A stretch of 50,961 nucleotides of DNA from Rhodopila sp. GTDB taxonomy: Bacteria > Pseudomonadota > Alphaproteobacteria > Acetobacterales > Acetobacteraceae. This document shows positions 19,049 through 29,229 of this stretch, in pieces. The notes beneath the pieces are model-generated. The model worked only from the letters and a program-made list of their open reading frames with translations. It was not told the DNA's origin and made no database searches. The translations under genes were made by a program, and so were the position numbers. The stretch lies in the NCBI GenBank assembly GCA_036500715.1, contig DASYBP010000014.1:1-50961 (forward strand). The letters run 5' to 3'. Each line of letters opens with the position of its first letter. Position 1 is the stretch's first letter.

Positions 19049-20755
19049 CTAAGTCACCGTGACGGGTTGTTCGGTCGCATGCACTGTTGGCACCCGCGTC
19101 GCTACGGGCCCGAGATGACCGGCCAGGCGCAGCGCCATGGCGACGATGGTGAGCGTGGGGTTCGCCTGACTGGATGTGGGGAAGGTCGCGCTGCTCGCCA
19201 GATACAGATTGTTCACGCCAAAGACCTTGCAGTCGCGATCGACCACGCCGGACTGCGCGCTCGCGCCCATCCGGGCTGTGCCAATATGATGTCCGCCATA
19301 GGCACCGTCACGACGCACCACCGCTTCGATGTCAGTCTCGTCCGGCCCCAGCGTTAGCTGACCGGTCGACGTTTCCGCTAGGTCATGACGCAGCAGTTCG
19401 AACGACTTGGCCACGGTCTCCACATCCCGAGGACTGTAGCGCCAGTCAACACGCACGCGCCGATTGCCGAAGCGGTCTCTTTCGTCGGCCAAGCTAATTC
19501 GGCTGTTTGGGTCGGGCACTTGTTCGGCATGGAAGTCCAGACTGAACACATTGGTCCGAGGACGAATAATGATCGAAGGAAATTTGCGCTCGGCCAACAT
19601 CCGGTCCCGCAGCCAGTGCTTTAGGAAACCCATGGTCGCGAACGCATCCGTGGCGGCATTCAATCCATGCCGCAACCATGTCATCGCGTCAGGGGGGACG
19701 TCAGCAACCAGCCGTTTTGAATACTCGTAACTGATGAAGTGCTGTGCCAGGAAGATCGCCGACAATGGTCCGGTGCGATGTCGCGGATCCGCGATCCGCG
19801 GGTGATGAAGCCGGAACACGGCGTTACCCAGTCCCAGCGACGCCTGGACTTCCGGGCGCAGTGATATCCGCCGCCGGCAATATGTCCCATCTGCCGCTAC
19901 GTCGTAGCCATGCCAGACGGTGTCGCGCGCACCATTGATTTGGAGCCTGCCGATCGTGCCCGCGACGTGGGTCATGTAATAGCGGCCGACCAAATCGTTG
20001 GCGTTGCCGATCCCGTTGGAGTGAACGTCATCCGATGTCAGCAGCAGCCGGGACGTTTCGATCCCGCCCATGGCCAGCACGAACTGGTCTGCCACCACCG
20101 AAAATCCGTTGTTCCGGTTGTTGCGGACGTCAATGCTGTCGATCCGGCTGCCGTCCCGAGACGCCCGCAAAGCGGTGACTGCCGCCCGCAGCAAAACCCG
20201 CACAGTCGTTGCCGAATGCAGCCGTGCTCTGTAGCGTTCACCGAAATTGGTCGGACAACTGAAACGCTCGATGCCGTTGACATCGAAGTGCCGCGGGGAA
20301 AAGCCACGCAAAAGCGGCCGCATTCCGCCTGGTGCGGCCAGGCGTGCATCGTACTCGTATTCCCCGGCCTCGCACAGCGTATTCGCGACGGGATAGTAAC
20401 GTTCGACATCGCCGTAGGATATCGGCCACCCCGAATGGGCGATCCAGGGCCGCATCTTGAAATCGATCGGATCGAACGGCACACAACGGCCGCCCCAAAT
20501 CGACGTGCCGCCGCCCAGCACGCGCTGACGGTATTTGTCGGGCGGGCTATGCAGCGCGGGGTTCACCACTTCACCGGCATTCAGCGTCTGAGTAGCATCG
20601 TTGGCCGCATAATCTCCGGATTCCAGCAACAGAATGCTTTTGCCGGTTTGCGCGAGTTCCAACGCCAGGGTGATTCCGGCCGGACCGCCACCAACAATGC
20701 AGATGTCGGCGCGAATAATCGTGTTGCAAACGATGTCGTCGGCGGTCTGGATCAT
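19049..20755 (-). CDS. GMC-family FAD oxidoreductase
   Basis: IVGGGPAG, LGGGTSIWGG, AMGGIETSRLLL, HHIGTARMG, FPTSSQANPTLTIVAMALRLA. Confidence 0.9.
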   Translation of the reverse strand: MIQTADDIVCNTIIRADICIVGGGPAGITLALELAQTGKSILLLESGDYAANDATQTLNAGEVVNPALHSPPDKYRQRVLGGGTSIWGGRCVPFDPIDFKMRPWIAHSGWPISYGDVERYYPVANTLCEAGEYEYDARLAAPGGMRPLLRGFSPRHFDVNGIERFSCPTNFGERYRARLHSATTVRVLLRAAVTALRASRDGSRIDSIDVRNNRNNGFSVVADQFVLAMGGIETSRLLLTSDDVHSNGIGNANDLVGRYYMTHVAGTIGRLQINGARDTVWHGYDVAADGTYCRRRISLRPEVQASLGLGNAVFRLHHPRIADPRHRTGPLSAIFLAQHFISYEYSKRLVADVPPDAMTWLRHGLNAATDAFATMGFLKHWLRDRMLAERKFPSIIIRPRTNVFSLDFHAEQVPDPNSRISLADERDRFGNRRVRVDWRYSPRDVETVAKSFELLRHDLAETSTGQLTLGPDETDIEAVVRRDGAYGGHHIGTARMGASAQSGVVDRDCKVFGVNNLYLASSATFPTSSQANPTLTIVAMALRLAGHLGPVATRVPTVHATEQPVTVT

Positions 20756-21885
20756 CGTCCGCCTTCCTCGAGCGGCCAGACTGATGGTGTCATCGTCCCG
20801 TCCCGGCGTGTCAGCTCGGCGTAAAGCGAGCCAACCGATCGTGCGAACGCCTCCATGGTGAACATCCGATCATACAGGACAGCCCCCGCCTCGGAGAGTT
20901 CGCCGCGCATCTCGGGCCGATCGAGCAACGTCAGGATTGCAGCCCCGATACCCGCCTTATCACCAGGCGAAACGAACAAAGCCGAACGACGGTCTTGCAG
21001 AACCTCCGGGATCGAACCAACAGGCGTGCAGATCACCGGCGTGCGAGAGGCCAGAGCCTCAAGTATCACCAGAGGCAGGCCCTCGTCATACGCTGGCAAG
21101 ATAAGCGCATCCGAATTCACCATCAACGCGCGGGCATCAACCTGGTTGACCCATCCGGTGAATGTAACCCGGTCTTCGATCCCCAGGTCGCGGGCCATCG
21201 CGCGATAGATATCAACTGGCCCACCACCCGCCATCGTCAGTGCAATATCGCGCGCCCTGACCGAGGGGCTGGCGAAAGCGTGGAGCAGATCCTTCACCCC
21301 CTTGCGCTCAAGCAGATTGCCGACGAACAGCAGGCGAAAGCGCCCGTCGCGAGCGGCCGTGCGGACGGTCGATGCGGAAGCAGGCACGCCATTATAAATG
21401 ATGCCGATCTGACTCGGCCGTACGTCGAACGTATCGATCACCCAGCGGCGCCACATCTCTCCAAGGACGACGCAGTGATCGGCGCTGCGGAACATCCATC
21501 GCAGTAAGGCCTTGCCGGGCCGGCCCATGGATTGATGAAATTGCATGATCTGAGCAGCATGCAGGTGGAGCAACACGCGCCCGCCGGCAAGCTTCGTCGC
21601 GCCGAGTAACACCGCCTTGCGATAGACACTGCCGCGCTCAGCGAGATTCAGATGCACGACAGCGAGCCGGCCGCGCAGCGCCTCCAGAAAAATCCGCGCC
21701 ACGGCCAGGGCGAGGAAGATCGGCGAGAGCGAGATATGCCGGCCGCCGCGGGACTCGAGGCGGCGGAGATCGAAGTGACCCGACGGATCGTGCTGCAACG
21801 AAGCAAGATACGCCATGATGCTGCCCATGCCGCCGCCAACCTGCCCATACGGGCACGCCAGAAACACCGTTTGTCGCCTGCTCAC
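20752..21885 (-). CDS. Glycosyltransferase family 4
   Basis: IYNGV, FVGNLLERKG, LPAYDEGLPLVILEALA. Confidence 0.9.
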   Translation of the reverse strand: MSRRQTVFLACPYGQVGGGMGSIMAYLASLQHDPSGHFDLRRLESRGGRHISLSPIFLALAVARIFLEALRGRLAVVHLNLAERGSVYRKAVLLGATKLAGGRVLLHLHAAQIMQFHQSMGRPGKALLRWMFRSADHCVVLGEMWRRWVIDTFDVRPSQIGIIYNGVPASASTVRTAARDGRFRLLFVGNLLERKGVKDLLHAFASPSVRARDIALTMAGGGPVDIYRAMARDLGIEDRVTFTGWVNQVDARALMVNSDALILPAYDEGLPLVILEALASRTPVICTPVGSIPEVLQDRRSALFVSPGDKAGIGAAILTLLDRPEMRGELSEAGAVLYDRMFTMEAFARSVGSLYAELTRRDGTMTPSVWPLEEGGR

Positions 21886-22850
21886 GAAAAGGCAACCTCC
21901 TGCTTGAGGCGGTTAGTCCGAACCACTGCGGCGATCATCTGCTCAACCGAGGTCCGCGGCATCGCCAAATCCGTCGCGGCCGCCGTGGAATCGATTCGAA
22001 TATCCTGCTGCCACAAACTCGCGAGGGACGGCGTGATCGCCTCGGTCCACGGTGATCGCCACACCATGGACGCAACGCTGCGCACCGGCGCCAGTAACTT
22101 CGTCTCGAGCTTCAACCGACGGGTCGGGATGCGACGAACCGGGGTCGCTCCCAGCGCCTTGCCGAAAATCAGCAGGAATTCGTTCCAGGTAAGATCGCAA
22201 GTGCTGGAGATGTTGAATGTTCGGCCGGAAATATCCGGCGTATCCAGCGCTTCCACAATCGCCGCCACGACATCATCGATGAACGCCAGGTTGCAGCGGC
22301 CGTCGCCTGCGGCGCCGAGATCGCCGATACGGCCAGCATCCAGCAGTCGCACCAACCGCGTCGTCCACTGTCTACTGCCTGGCCCAAAGACGCAGGTTGG
22401 ACGCAGGATCACCGCGTCGCCGCCATCCTCGACGTATTTCCGAACAACTCGCTCGCAGGCGATTTTCGCCTGCCCGTAGGCGCTGACGGGCGAAACCGGC
22501 GCGTGATCTTCCTGCACCGCGCCGGCGGCGCCCCCGTAGACCGCCATACTGCTGAGATGAACGATCCTGTGCGGCGGCCTGACTCGAGCGGCGTCGCAAA
22601 GCACCTGGGTTGACCGCAGCATCGCTCGGGCGTTGCCCGCGACACAGTTGATGACATAGTAAGCATCGCCCACAAGAGCGCGCACCGAATCGATGTCCGT
22701 TGCATCGACCGCGACGGCCGATCGGCGCGACGCCGCAACCGCTCGGTACACCGGGCTGGCCGACAGAGCGGCGACCACCCGAGAGCCGATGAAGCCCGAG
22801 CCGCCCAGAACCAGGACCGACTTTCGCGAGAAATCCATTGAGTCAGGCAT
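21882..22850 (-). CDS. NAD-dependent epimerase/dehydratase
   Basis: GGSGFIG, HLSSMAVYG, YGQAK, LRPTCVFGPG. Confidence 0.88.
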   Translation of the reverse strand: MPDSMDFSRKSVLVLGGSGFIGSRVVAALSASPVYRAVAASRRSAVAVDATDIDSVRALVGDAYYVINCVAGNARAMLRSTQVLCDAARVRPPHRIVHLSSMAVYGGAAGAVQEDHAPVSPVSAYGQAKIACERVVRKYVEDGGDAVILRPTCVFGPGSRQWTTRLVRLLDAGRIGDLGAAGDGRCNLAFIDDVVAAIVEALDTPDISGRTFNISSTCDLTWNEFLLIFGKALGATPVRRIPTRRLKLETKLLAPVRSVASMVWRSPWTEAITPSLASLWQQDIRIDSTAAATDLAMPRTSVEQMIAAVVRTNRLKQEVAFS

Positions 22851-22920
22851 TTGACTACCCAGATTATGGCTGGCGCCGGCCGGTTGGCCGCCGCCATCGC
22901 CCGTTGCCTCGTCTCGATGC

Positions 22921-24450
22921 TCAGGCCGGGACGACCAGCACCGAAGAGGATGGACCGCCGATCGCCCGCAATTCCGGTACGGAGGCCAACACCACCAGAC
23001 CGGTATCCATTTCCAGAGCCTCCGGTCGCAGATAGATGGCCCGGAAGAAGTGGGACATGAGGATAGAGCCGATCGAGAGCAGCGCGCTGACGACGAGGCC
23101 CGCCATGAGGATCAGCCGGCGCGTGGGTTGCGGCAGCGAAGGGATCCGCGGTGGTTGCACGACGCGAACCGATGATTCGCGATGCGCCTCGACGGCTTCA
23201 ACCGTTTGCCGCTCATCAAGAATCTTCGTTACGGCCCGGTAGTTATCTTCCAGAACCGCCCGGCTACGCTCCAGTTGATGCAGTTGGAGTTCATCGGCAT
23301 CCAGGGCTTCCACCTGCTTGTTCATCGCCGCGAGCTGCGCCGAAATCGAGTCGTGTCCGGCCAGGCTGGACCGCAGGTCGGCTTCCGTCTTGTTGCGATC
23401 TGCCTGCACGCCATAAGCCTGCGTCGCCTGCATCCGGGCGATGTCGGTCTCCCGCTCCAGCATTGCTTGGCGGGCGGCATCTACGGCGGGGGAGCCGCGA
23501 TAATGCGTTTGCGCCTCCTCTTGCCGTTGCTGGTAGGCCTGAACCATTCCCTGCAGTGCGGCGGCGGCGTTGGGCGCACCCTTCTTGGTTCCTGCCGCCA
23601 GGTTCAACTGCTGTGTCAACTGGTTCAGTCTGGCGGTCTGTTCGGCAATGGTGGCTTCCGACTTGGTCAGGGCCGCCTCCAGGTCGCCTTGCTGTTTCAA
23701 CAGGATCGCCCGGCGCTCGGAGAAGTTACTGATGTCGTGTTGCTGCTTGAAGGCCTGAAGCGCCGCATCAGCGTCGGCAAGCTGCTTGCCTACCGAGTCC
23801 TTCTGCACCTGAACAATCGGTGCCTGGATGTCGCCATACAGCTTCGTTCTGAGTATGAGGTACTGCGACTCCAGGATGCGCAGGGCATCGGCCGACACGT
23901 TCTTGTCGGGATTGGTGAATTCCAGGCCGATCACACTCGACTTCTTGTCCACCGTGATCGTCAGGTTGTGAGCAAACGCGTCGATCGCGCGGGACATCGG
24001 ATCGACGTCGCCGGTCTCTGCGGTTGCCTTCTCCGTCATGCCCAACGTATCGGTCAAAAACCGGCGCGTATCCTGAAGCCATTGGGCAATAGGGCCGGGC
24101 TTCTCCAGCAGCTTCGGGTACATCTTCGCGATGCCGATTTCCCGGATCACCGTGCGGTGCAGGTCATCGCTGCTCAGAATGCTCGACTCCGTGCGGAGAA
24201 CCTGTTCCGCGTCCACCCCGCCGCTATTGGAGAACTGCTGTCCGGCGGCCGGGCGGAACGTATGCTCCGTTCCCAGCAGGATAAGCAGGCTCGACCTGGC
24301 CTTATAGTCGGGTTGCACGTGCACCGCGATCGCGATGCTCAGCGCCGTGATGCAGAAGAAGATCAGGAAAATCCGCGTCTTTTGTGAGAAGGCGGTCAGC
24401 AGGAGGTCACGGATGACCAGACGCGGCGGAAGCGCAAGAGTTTCGTTCAT
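22921..24450 (-). CDS. Polysaccharide co-polymerase (GumC/HfsA-like, no kinase domain)
   Basis: N- and C-terminal TM helices around a long coiled-coil; PDYKARSSLLI, VRVVQPP..P..P, GLVVLASVP. Confidence 0.85.
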   Translation of the reverse strand: MNETLALPPRLVIRDLLLTAFSQKTRIFLIFFCITALSIAIAVHVQPDYKARSSLLILLGTEHTFRPAAGQQFSNSGGVDAEQVLRTESSILSSDDLHRTVIREIGIAKMYPKLLEKPGPIAQWLQDTRRFLTDTLGMTEKATAETGDVDPMSRAIDAFAHNLTITVDKKSSVIGLEFTNPDKNVSADALRILESQYLILRTKLYGDIQAPIVQVQKDSVGKQLADADAALQAFKQQHDISNFSERRAILLKQQGDLEAALTKSEATIAEQTARLNQLTQQLNLAAGTKKGAPNAAAALQGMVQAYQQRQEEAQTHYRGSPAVDAARQAMLERETDIARMQATQAYGVQADRNKTEADLRSSLAGHDSISAQLAAMNKQVEALDADELQLHQLERSRAVLEDNYRAVTKILDERQTVEAVEAHRESSVRVVQPPRIPSLPQPTRRLILMAGLVVSALLSIGSILMSHFFRAIYLRPEALEMDTGLVVLASVPELRAIGGPSSSVLVVPA

Positions 24451-25862
24451 GATTTGAATCCTGCCAGGTTCGCATTAGATAGGGGGGCGCCCAGCCGTTC
24501 GGATGTTTGGCGCAGCGTCGTGATCGCCCGACGAAGGGGGATTGGCGGGGTGATTTTTGGATATCCGGTCATCGCTATCATGCACGCCACCATGAACACC
24601 AGGTCGACGCTCTTCCGCCCCAGCGAATTGCTTGTGGAATCCACCAGTATTGCGCCGATGAGCAGCATCCACCCGAGCGGATGGTCAGTCGTGCGACCCA
24701 GGTGGACGAGGAACAAACCCAGTGCGACCAGGAAGACAACAAAACCCATGGCGCCCAGATTGAGAAACATCAGCAGCCAGAAATTCTCGATGTCGGTGGT
24801 CGCATCAGCAAGTCCGATCTGATACTTGAGAACATCCAGACGCTCCAGCGGGACGCCGAACAACACGTCATGGAGGTTGAGATGGTTCAACACTTGCCAT
24901 TGCAAGTTGCGGACCTGTGCACTGTCATCCAAATACAAGTGCGTCAGTATGCGCTCGCCGACACCGGTGCTGGTGATCAGTATCAGCATCAATGGTGGCA
25001 GGATCAGTAGCGCCGCACCGATCGCGCTCACCAAGCCCATGCTCAGATTGCGTGTGATGATGCCGCGTAGCAACACCACAACCGCTGACAGCACCAGCAG
25101 CGCCAATGTCGTCCCCAGCGCCGCTCGGCCGCCGAAGCTGAGCAGTCCGACCAGAAGCGTCGTAAACAGCGCGGCCTTTACCAGGCCCTTCATGCGCATT
25201 CGCAACAACATGAAGATGGCCATCATCGCCGACAGCGCCGCCGTCAGCGGATGGCTGAACAGCCCGGCACCGCGAAAATCCTCGGCGTCCTGGCCAATTT
25301 CCGCGGGGGTGACTTCGCCAAAGTGAATCGGGATCAGATGCGTCTGGGTCGCACCCTCGCCGATCGAAATGATAATGCTCAGAACGGTGAAGGCAATGAT
25401 CCACCAGGCCAGGCTCCGCTTTTGCCGGTCGGTGCCGCCCTCCAGTGCAACGGCCAGCAATCCCGCGGCCAAATAGCTTTCGATGTAGGTTGCCGCGCCG
25501 CTCATGCCGACGTTGACGATTGAGTAGAAGGCACAGAACAGGGTCAGCGTCATGAACGCCGCCAGCGCCGGCGTGTTGCGGAAACACCGCATCACGCCGT
25601 TTCCGGTCGGACGAGCCAGCACCAGCACCATAAAGGCCCCGATCGCGGCCAAATAGGTGCCAGGGTGCAACTTGACCACCGGATTGCCGCCCGGGCTGGC
25701 ATAGTCGATGCCTAGATTGGCCAGCGTGTTGCTGGAGATCGCATACTCAATGATCACTGCTGTCAGACCAAACGCAAACGCCGCCCGCGGCAGCCGCTGA
25801 TCCATCCAGGCCTGCCGCGCTTCGGACATCCGAAGCGGCGCTTGAGCAAGCAGGGCCCTCAT
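24447..25862 (-). CDS. VpsF/HfsC-like polysaccharide polymerase (Wzy-like membrane protein)
   Basis: Multi-TM; GGNPVVKLHPGTY, FRGAGLFSHPL, FGGRAA, DDSAQVR, IENFW, NSLGRK. Confidence 0.72.
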   Translation of the reverse strand: MRALLAQAPLRMSEARQAWMDQRLPRAAFAFGLTAVIIEYAISSNTLANLGIDYASPGGNPVVKLHPGTYLAAIGAFMVLVLARPTGNGVMRCFRNTPALAAFMTLTLFCAFYSIVNVGMSGAATYIESYLAAGLLAVALEGGTDRQKRSLAWWIIAFTVLSIIISIGEGATQTHLIPIHFGEVTPAEIGQDAEDFRGAGLFSHPLTAALSAMMAIFMLLRMRMKGLVKAALFTTLLVGLLSFGGRAALGTTLALLVLSAVVVLLRGIITRNLSMGLVSAIGAALLILPPLMLILITSTGVGERILTHLYLDDSAQVRNLQWQVLNHLNLHDVLFGVPLERLDVLKYQIGLADATTDIENFWLLMFLNLGAMGFVVFLVALGLFLVHLGRTTDHPLGWMLLIGAILVDSTSNSLGRKSVDLVFMVACMIAMTGYPKITPPIPLRRAITTLRQTSERLGAPLSNANLAGFKS

Positions 25863-26611
25863 AGCCGGCCCTCCCGCAGCGCGTGCAACTGGTCTTCTAC
25901 GACGGCGAGACTAAAGCCAATCGTCGCGCCCAGGTAGCGTTTGGTCAGCCGGGTCGGCTCCTGGATCATGCGCCACAGCCACTCCATTCCTACCCACTGC
26001 CAGTGCCGGGACGCGCGGCGGACGAGCCCGAGTTCGATCTTCACCGCCTGGCCGACGCAAAAAGCCCAGCAGGACGGCAGTATCGCGCGGTAAGTATCAA
26101 CGAACACTTCACTTCGGGGCGCGCCGACCGCCATGACGAGCACAGTGGTGGCGTGTTCCCGGATCGACTCCGCCAAGCGCGCGCAATAGCCTGCATCGCG
26201 CTCGAACCCGAACGGCGGGACGGTTACATCGCACGTTACATCCTGCCGGGCGGCCCATTCGCGAACGGCCTGCTGAGTGCGCGCGCTGTCCACAACGAAG
26301 AATAGTCGTTGCGGCACCACGAATGGTGCCATACGCATCAGTTCAGCAGTGATGTCGCATCCTGTTACCTGTTTCACGTGCAAACCGCACAACCGCGCGT
26401 AGACCTGAACCGGCCAACCGTCGCAGACAATCCGCGCGGCGTTGCGGTACGCCCGAGCCAACGAAGGGGATCGGCGGATAGTTGCAATATGGTCAATGTT
26501 CGGCGTCACTACCAACGCCACGCCGTCGGGTGTATGAGTGACAGCGGTGCAAGCGATTTCCCGCGCGGAATCCGTACAGAGTGCCAAGCCAAACGGGTGG
26601 GAGATGCGCAT
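25859..26611 (-). CDS. WecB/TagA/CpsF family glycosyltransferase (HfsJ-like)
   Basis: VVTPNIDH, CDGWP, VTGCD, PPFGF, AVGAPRSE, GMEWLWRMIQEPTRL. Start set at the in-frame ATG 26611, just after the upstream gene's stop. Confidence 0.88.
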   Translation of the reverse strand: MRISHPFGLALCTDSAREIACTAVTHTPDGVALVVTPNIDHIATIRRSPSLARAYRNAARIVCDGWPVQVYARLCGLHVKQVTGCDITAELMRMAPFVVPQRLFFVVDSARTQQAVREWAARQDVTCDVTVPPFGFERDAGYCARLAESIREHATTVLVMAVGAPRSEVFVDTYRAILPSCWAFCVGQAVKIELGLVRRASRHWQWVGMEWLWRMIQEPTRLTKRYLGATIGFSLAVVEDQLHALREGRL

Positions 26612-26613
26612 GA

Positions 26614-27825
26614 CTAGGCAGCCCAGGCGCGGTGCGGCGCCAACGAGCCGAACAGCGCCATGTAACGCGCCGCGCACGCCGAATAAGTGAATTCTCCTGC
26701 GCGTTGCTGGAGCATCTCGGCTGGGAATCGCCTTCGCAACGTCGCAACCTCATCCATCGCGCGCGCCAGTGCGGCAGGGTTGCGCGGCTCGACCAAAACG
26801 CCGTAACGCCCATCGTCCAGGATCTCAGCCGGTCCATATTCGCAGCGCGTGGCAATGACGGGTGTGCCGCAGCCTAGCGCCTCGACGATCACGTTGCCGA
26901 ACCCCTCACAGCGGGAACTCAGCAAGAAGACGTCGGATTGTCGCACATACGGTAGGATGTTCGGGCGAAACCCAATTAAGTCTACCGCGTCCTGCAGCTC
27001 CAGCTCCGCCACGAGTTCTCTCAGCTTTCGTTCCAGCGGCCCGATGCCAAGGATGATCAAACGGCCGTCAAACCGTCGCCGATGAATAGCCAGTGCCCGG
27101 ATCATGGTTTCGTGGTCCTTGTGCGTCACAAGGCGACCGGCGGTTACGAATGCGGGATAATTTGGTTGCCCAAACCAGGGATGATCCGCCGCTTCCGCCG
27201 CGCGCCCCTGGAAGTCCGGCCCCACGACCGGATTATTGATCGTCAGAATACGGTCATGCGGTAAATCGGCTATTTTCTCGAGCTCAACAGCCACACCTTC
27301 CGAGACCGCGACCGCTCGACTGACCAGCGGCGATAAAGTTCTATAGGACAGCCCAAGGAAACGGTATATCCATTTCCCTTCCAGTACAAAACTGGTCGAG
27401 ATCGGATTGTGCTGACAGATCACCACCTTGGACCCGCTAAAGCTGATCGCCTTCGCCAGCAACGCGGCCACGTTGTTCAGATCGACGTTGGACAGCAGGA
27501 TGTCCGGCTTCTCGGCCCGCAGGAACCGCGCCAGACGCGGGATGTCCATCAGTGTGCGCGGGCTACGTAAATCCACGATGCGCAAACCGGACGGCACTTG
27601 ATCCATCAGCTCGCCCCGGACGCGATGCAACACCAGGGTCACCTCGACACCATGGCGGCGAAATTCCTCCGCGATGATGAGGCTTTGGCGCTCGACGCCG
27701 CCCGCCCGCAGGTCGTGCATATAGATCGCCACCGTCGCCGCCTTGGGCGCGCCGCTCGCATGCGCGGGAGTCAGCACACCTGTCAGGTGATCGCCGGATT
27801 GGGCAGAGATGGACGCAGACATCAT
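26614..27825 (-). CDS. Glycosyltransferase family 4
   Basis: GGVER, AVSEGV, INNPV, AGRLVTHKD, LSSRCEGFGNVIVEALGCG. Confidence 0.9.
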   Translation of the reverse strand: MMSASISAQSGDHLTGVLTPAHASGAPKAATVAIYMHDLRAGGVERQSLIIAEEFRRHGVEVTLVLHRVRGELMDQVPSGLRIVDLRSPRTLMDIPRLARFLRAEKPDILLSNVDLNNVAALLAKAISFSGSKVVICQHNPISTSFVLEGKWIYRFLGLSYRTLSPLVSRAVAVSEGVAVELEKIADLPHDRILTINNPVVGPDFQGRAAEAADHPWFGQPNYPAFVTAGRLVTHKDHETMIRALAIHRRRFDGRLIILGIGPLERKLRELVAELELQDAVDLIGFRPNILPYVRQSDVFLLSSRCEGFGNVIVEALGCGTPVIATRCEYGPAEILDDGRYGVLVEPRNPAALARAMDEVATLRRRFPAEMLQQRAGEFTYSACAARYMALFGSLAPHRAWAA

Positions 27826-29228
27826 TAGAGCTCCCGCGCCCCGGCGAACATCCCGGATGCCCGACGCGACAGCTTCTTCCCGAACACGCTTAGATCGAGC
27901 ACGAAACGCTTGCCGTCCACCCAGAACCGCTCGCCGTCATGAACCAGAGTGTGCAAGCCATCCGGAAACGGCCCGGATTTGTCAGGCCTCAATTCAACCA
28001 CCGGCCGTTCGCAGAACGCCGATTCTGTCAGGGTGAGGATTTCATGGACCACGACGGCGGCGCCATATGTGGCCGCGCAATCCTGGCCTGGCCGGAACAG
28101 CCGGCCGTCGACATTGAACACCATGCCAGCCGCCCGAGCCCCGCGGATGTCGATCCTGACGGGCCAGCGCGCATGCGGCGTCCAAGGGCCGGTTATCGCT
28201 GCGGCATGTAGCAGGCAAAAATTGTCGTGGCCGCCGAGGTCCAAATCCGTGCACCCAAGCCAGTAGCGGCCATTCCAGCGGAACAATGTGGGGTCCGCCA
28301 GTCTTGTGTGCGGCGCAACGTCGCAGATCGCCACCAGCCGTCCATCATCGTCCAGGCGGTGGATTCGCGTCGCGCCACGCTGTGTCGATTCCGGAACGCA
28401 ATATACCGTCTCGCCGTCACGGAATGTGCAGGGGTAGGAATGATGCCAGCCGTCATCCAGCAGGACGCTGGGGGGTCCAAGGGTTCCATTCGACTCAGTA
28501 ACAGAAACGATCCGGCCAATCCCCCCGGTCAGCGGCATTTCCTCGCACAGGACCTGGCCGGTGCCCGGCCAGGGGAATGGGTCGGCGAGATAGCGGCTTC
28601 CCGCCTTGGTTCGGTACCAGGTGATGTCGCCCAGGCCGCCGCCGGACAGTACGCGATCAATCGGCGCCGCGGCCGAGCCGATACTCCACCACTCGACCAT
28701 CAGGCGATCGCGCCACTTGGCCAGAGAGGCATCGACCCAGCCAGGCATACCGCCCGCCGGCGCCGCGGGCATCGTGCCGGCCGGGCCGCGTCCGCGCCCG
28801 AGCGCCGCGTCTCGAACAAAGCGCATCGCGATGCGATTGACCGCTGCGCAGAAAGCTGGATACGGCCCGCGAGTCCCCAGGGTTCCCTCATCCAGGATTT
28901 CCGCCACGATCGATCCTGGTTGATATTGAACCAGGCGAACGGTGAACGCGTAGGGCGGTCGATGCCACTGTCCGGCGAGCAGGCCGGGCTGATTGAGGCT
29001 TTCTCCCGCCGACGTCTCCAGCCGCCACAGCAGCGCATCGCATGGCGCCGTGCAGGCGGGCTCAAAGCGCGGTATCGCTACCTCGGTAAGCGCCGTGTCC
29101 GCGAGGGCGGCGTTCACGATCTCCGAGCCGTCGATGCCAGCCAATACAACGACGAACGGCGATCGACGGACGGACGCCCAAGCACCAACGCCCGCCCCGG
29201 AGGCGGACAATCCGGCCGCGGCCTTCAT
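27825..29228 (-). CDS. Protein with a five-bladed beta-propeller (GINT1 N-terminal / GH43-like) domain
   Basis: YLADPF, HHSYP, YCVPES, ADPTLF, W.PH..P, ARAAG, RPGQDC...YG, GLHT. Confidence 0.65.
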   Translation of the reverse strand: MKAAAGLSASGAGVGAWASVRRSPFVVVLAGIDGSEIVNAALADTALTEVAIPRFEPACTAPCDALLWRLETSAGESLNQPGLLAGQWHRPPYAFTVRLVQYQPGSIVAEILDEGTLGTRGPYPAFCAAVNRIAMRFVRDAALGRGRGPAGTMPAAPAGGMPGWVDASLAKWRDRLMVEWWSIGSAAAPIDRVLSGGGLGDITWYRTKAGSRYLADPFPWPGTGQVLCEEMPLTGGIGRIVSVTESNGTLGPPSVLLDDGWHHSYPCTFRDGETVYCVPESTQRGATRIHRLDDDGRLVAICDVAPHTRLADPTLFRWNGRYWLGCTDLDLGGHDNFCLLHAAAITGPWTPHARWPVRIDIRGARAAGMVFNVDGRLFRPGQDCAATYGAAVVVHEILTLTESAFCERPVVELRPDKSGPFPDGLHTLVHDGERFWVDGKRFVLDLSVFGKKLSRRASGMFAGAREL

Positions 29229-29229
29229 C

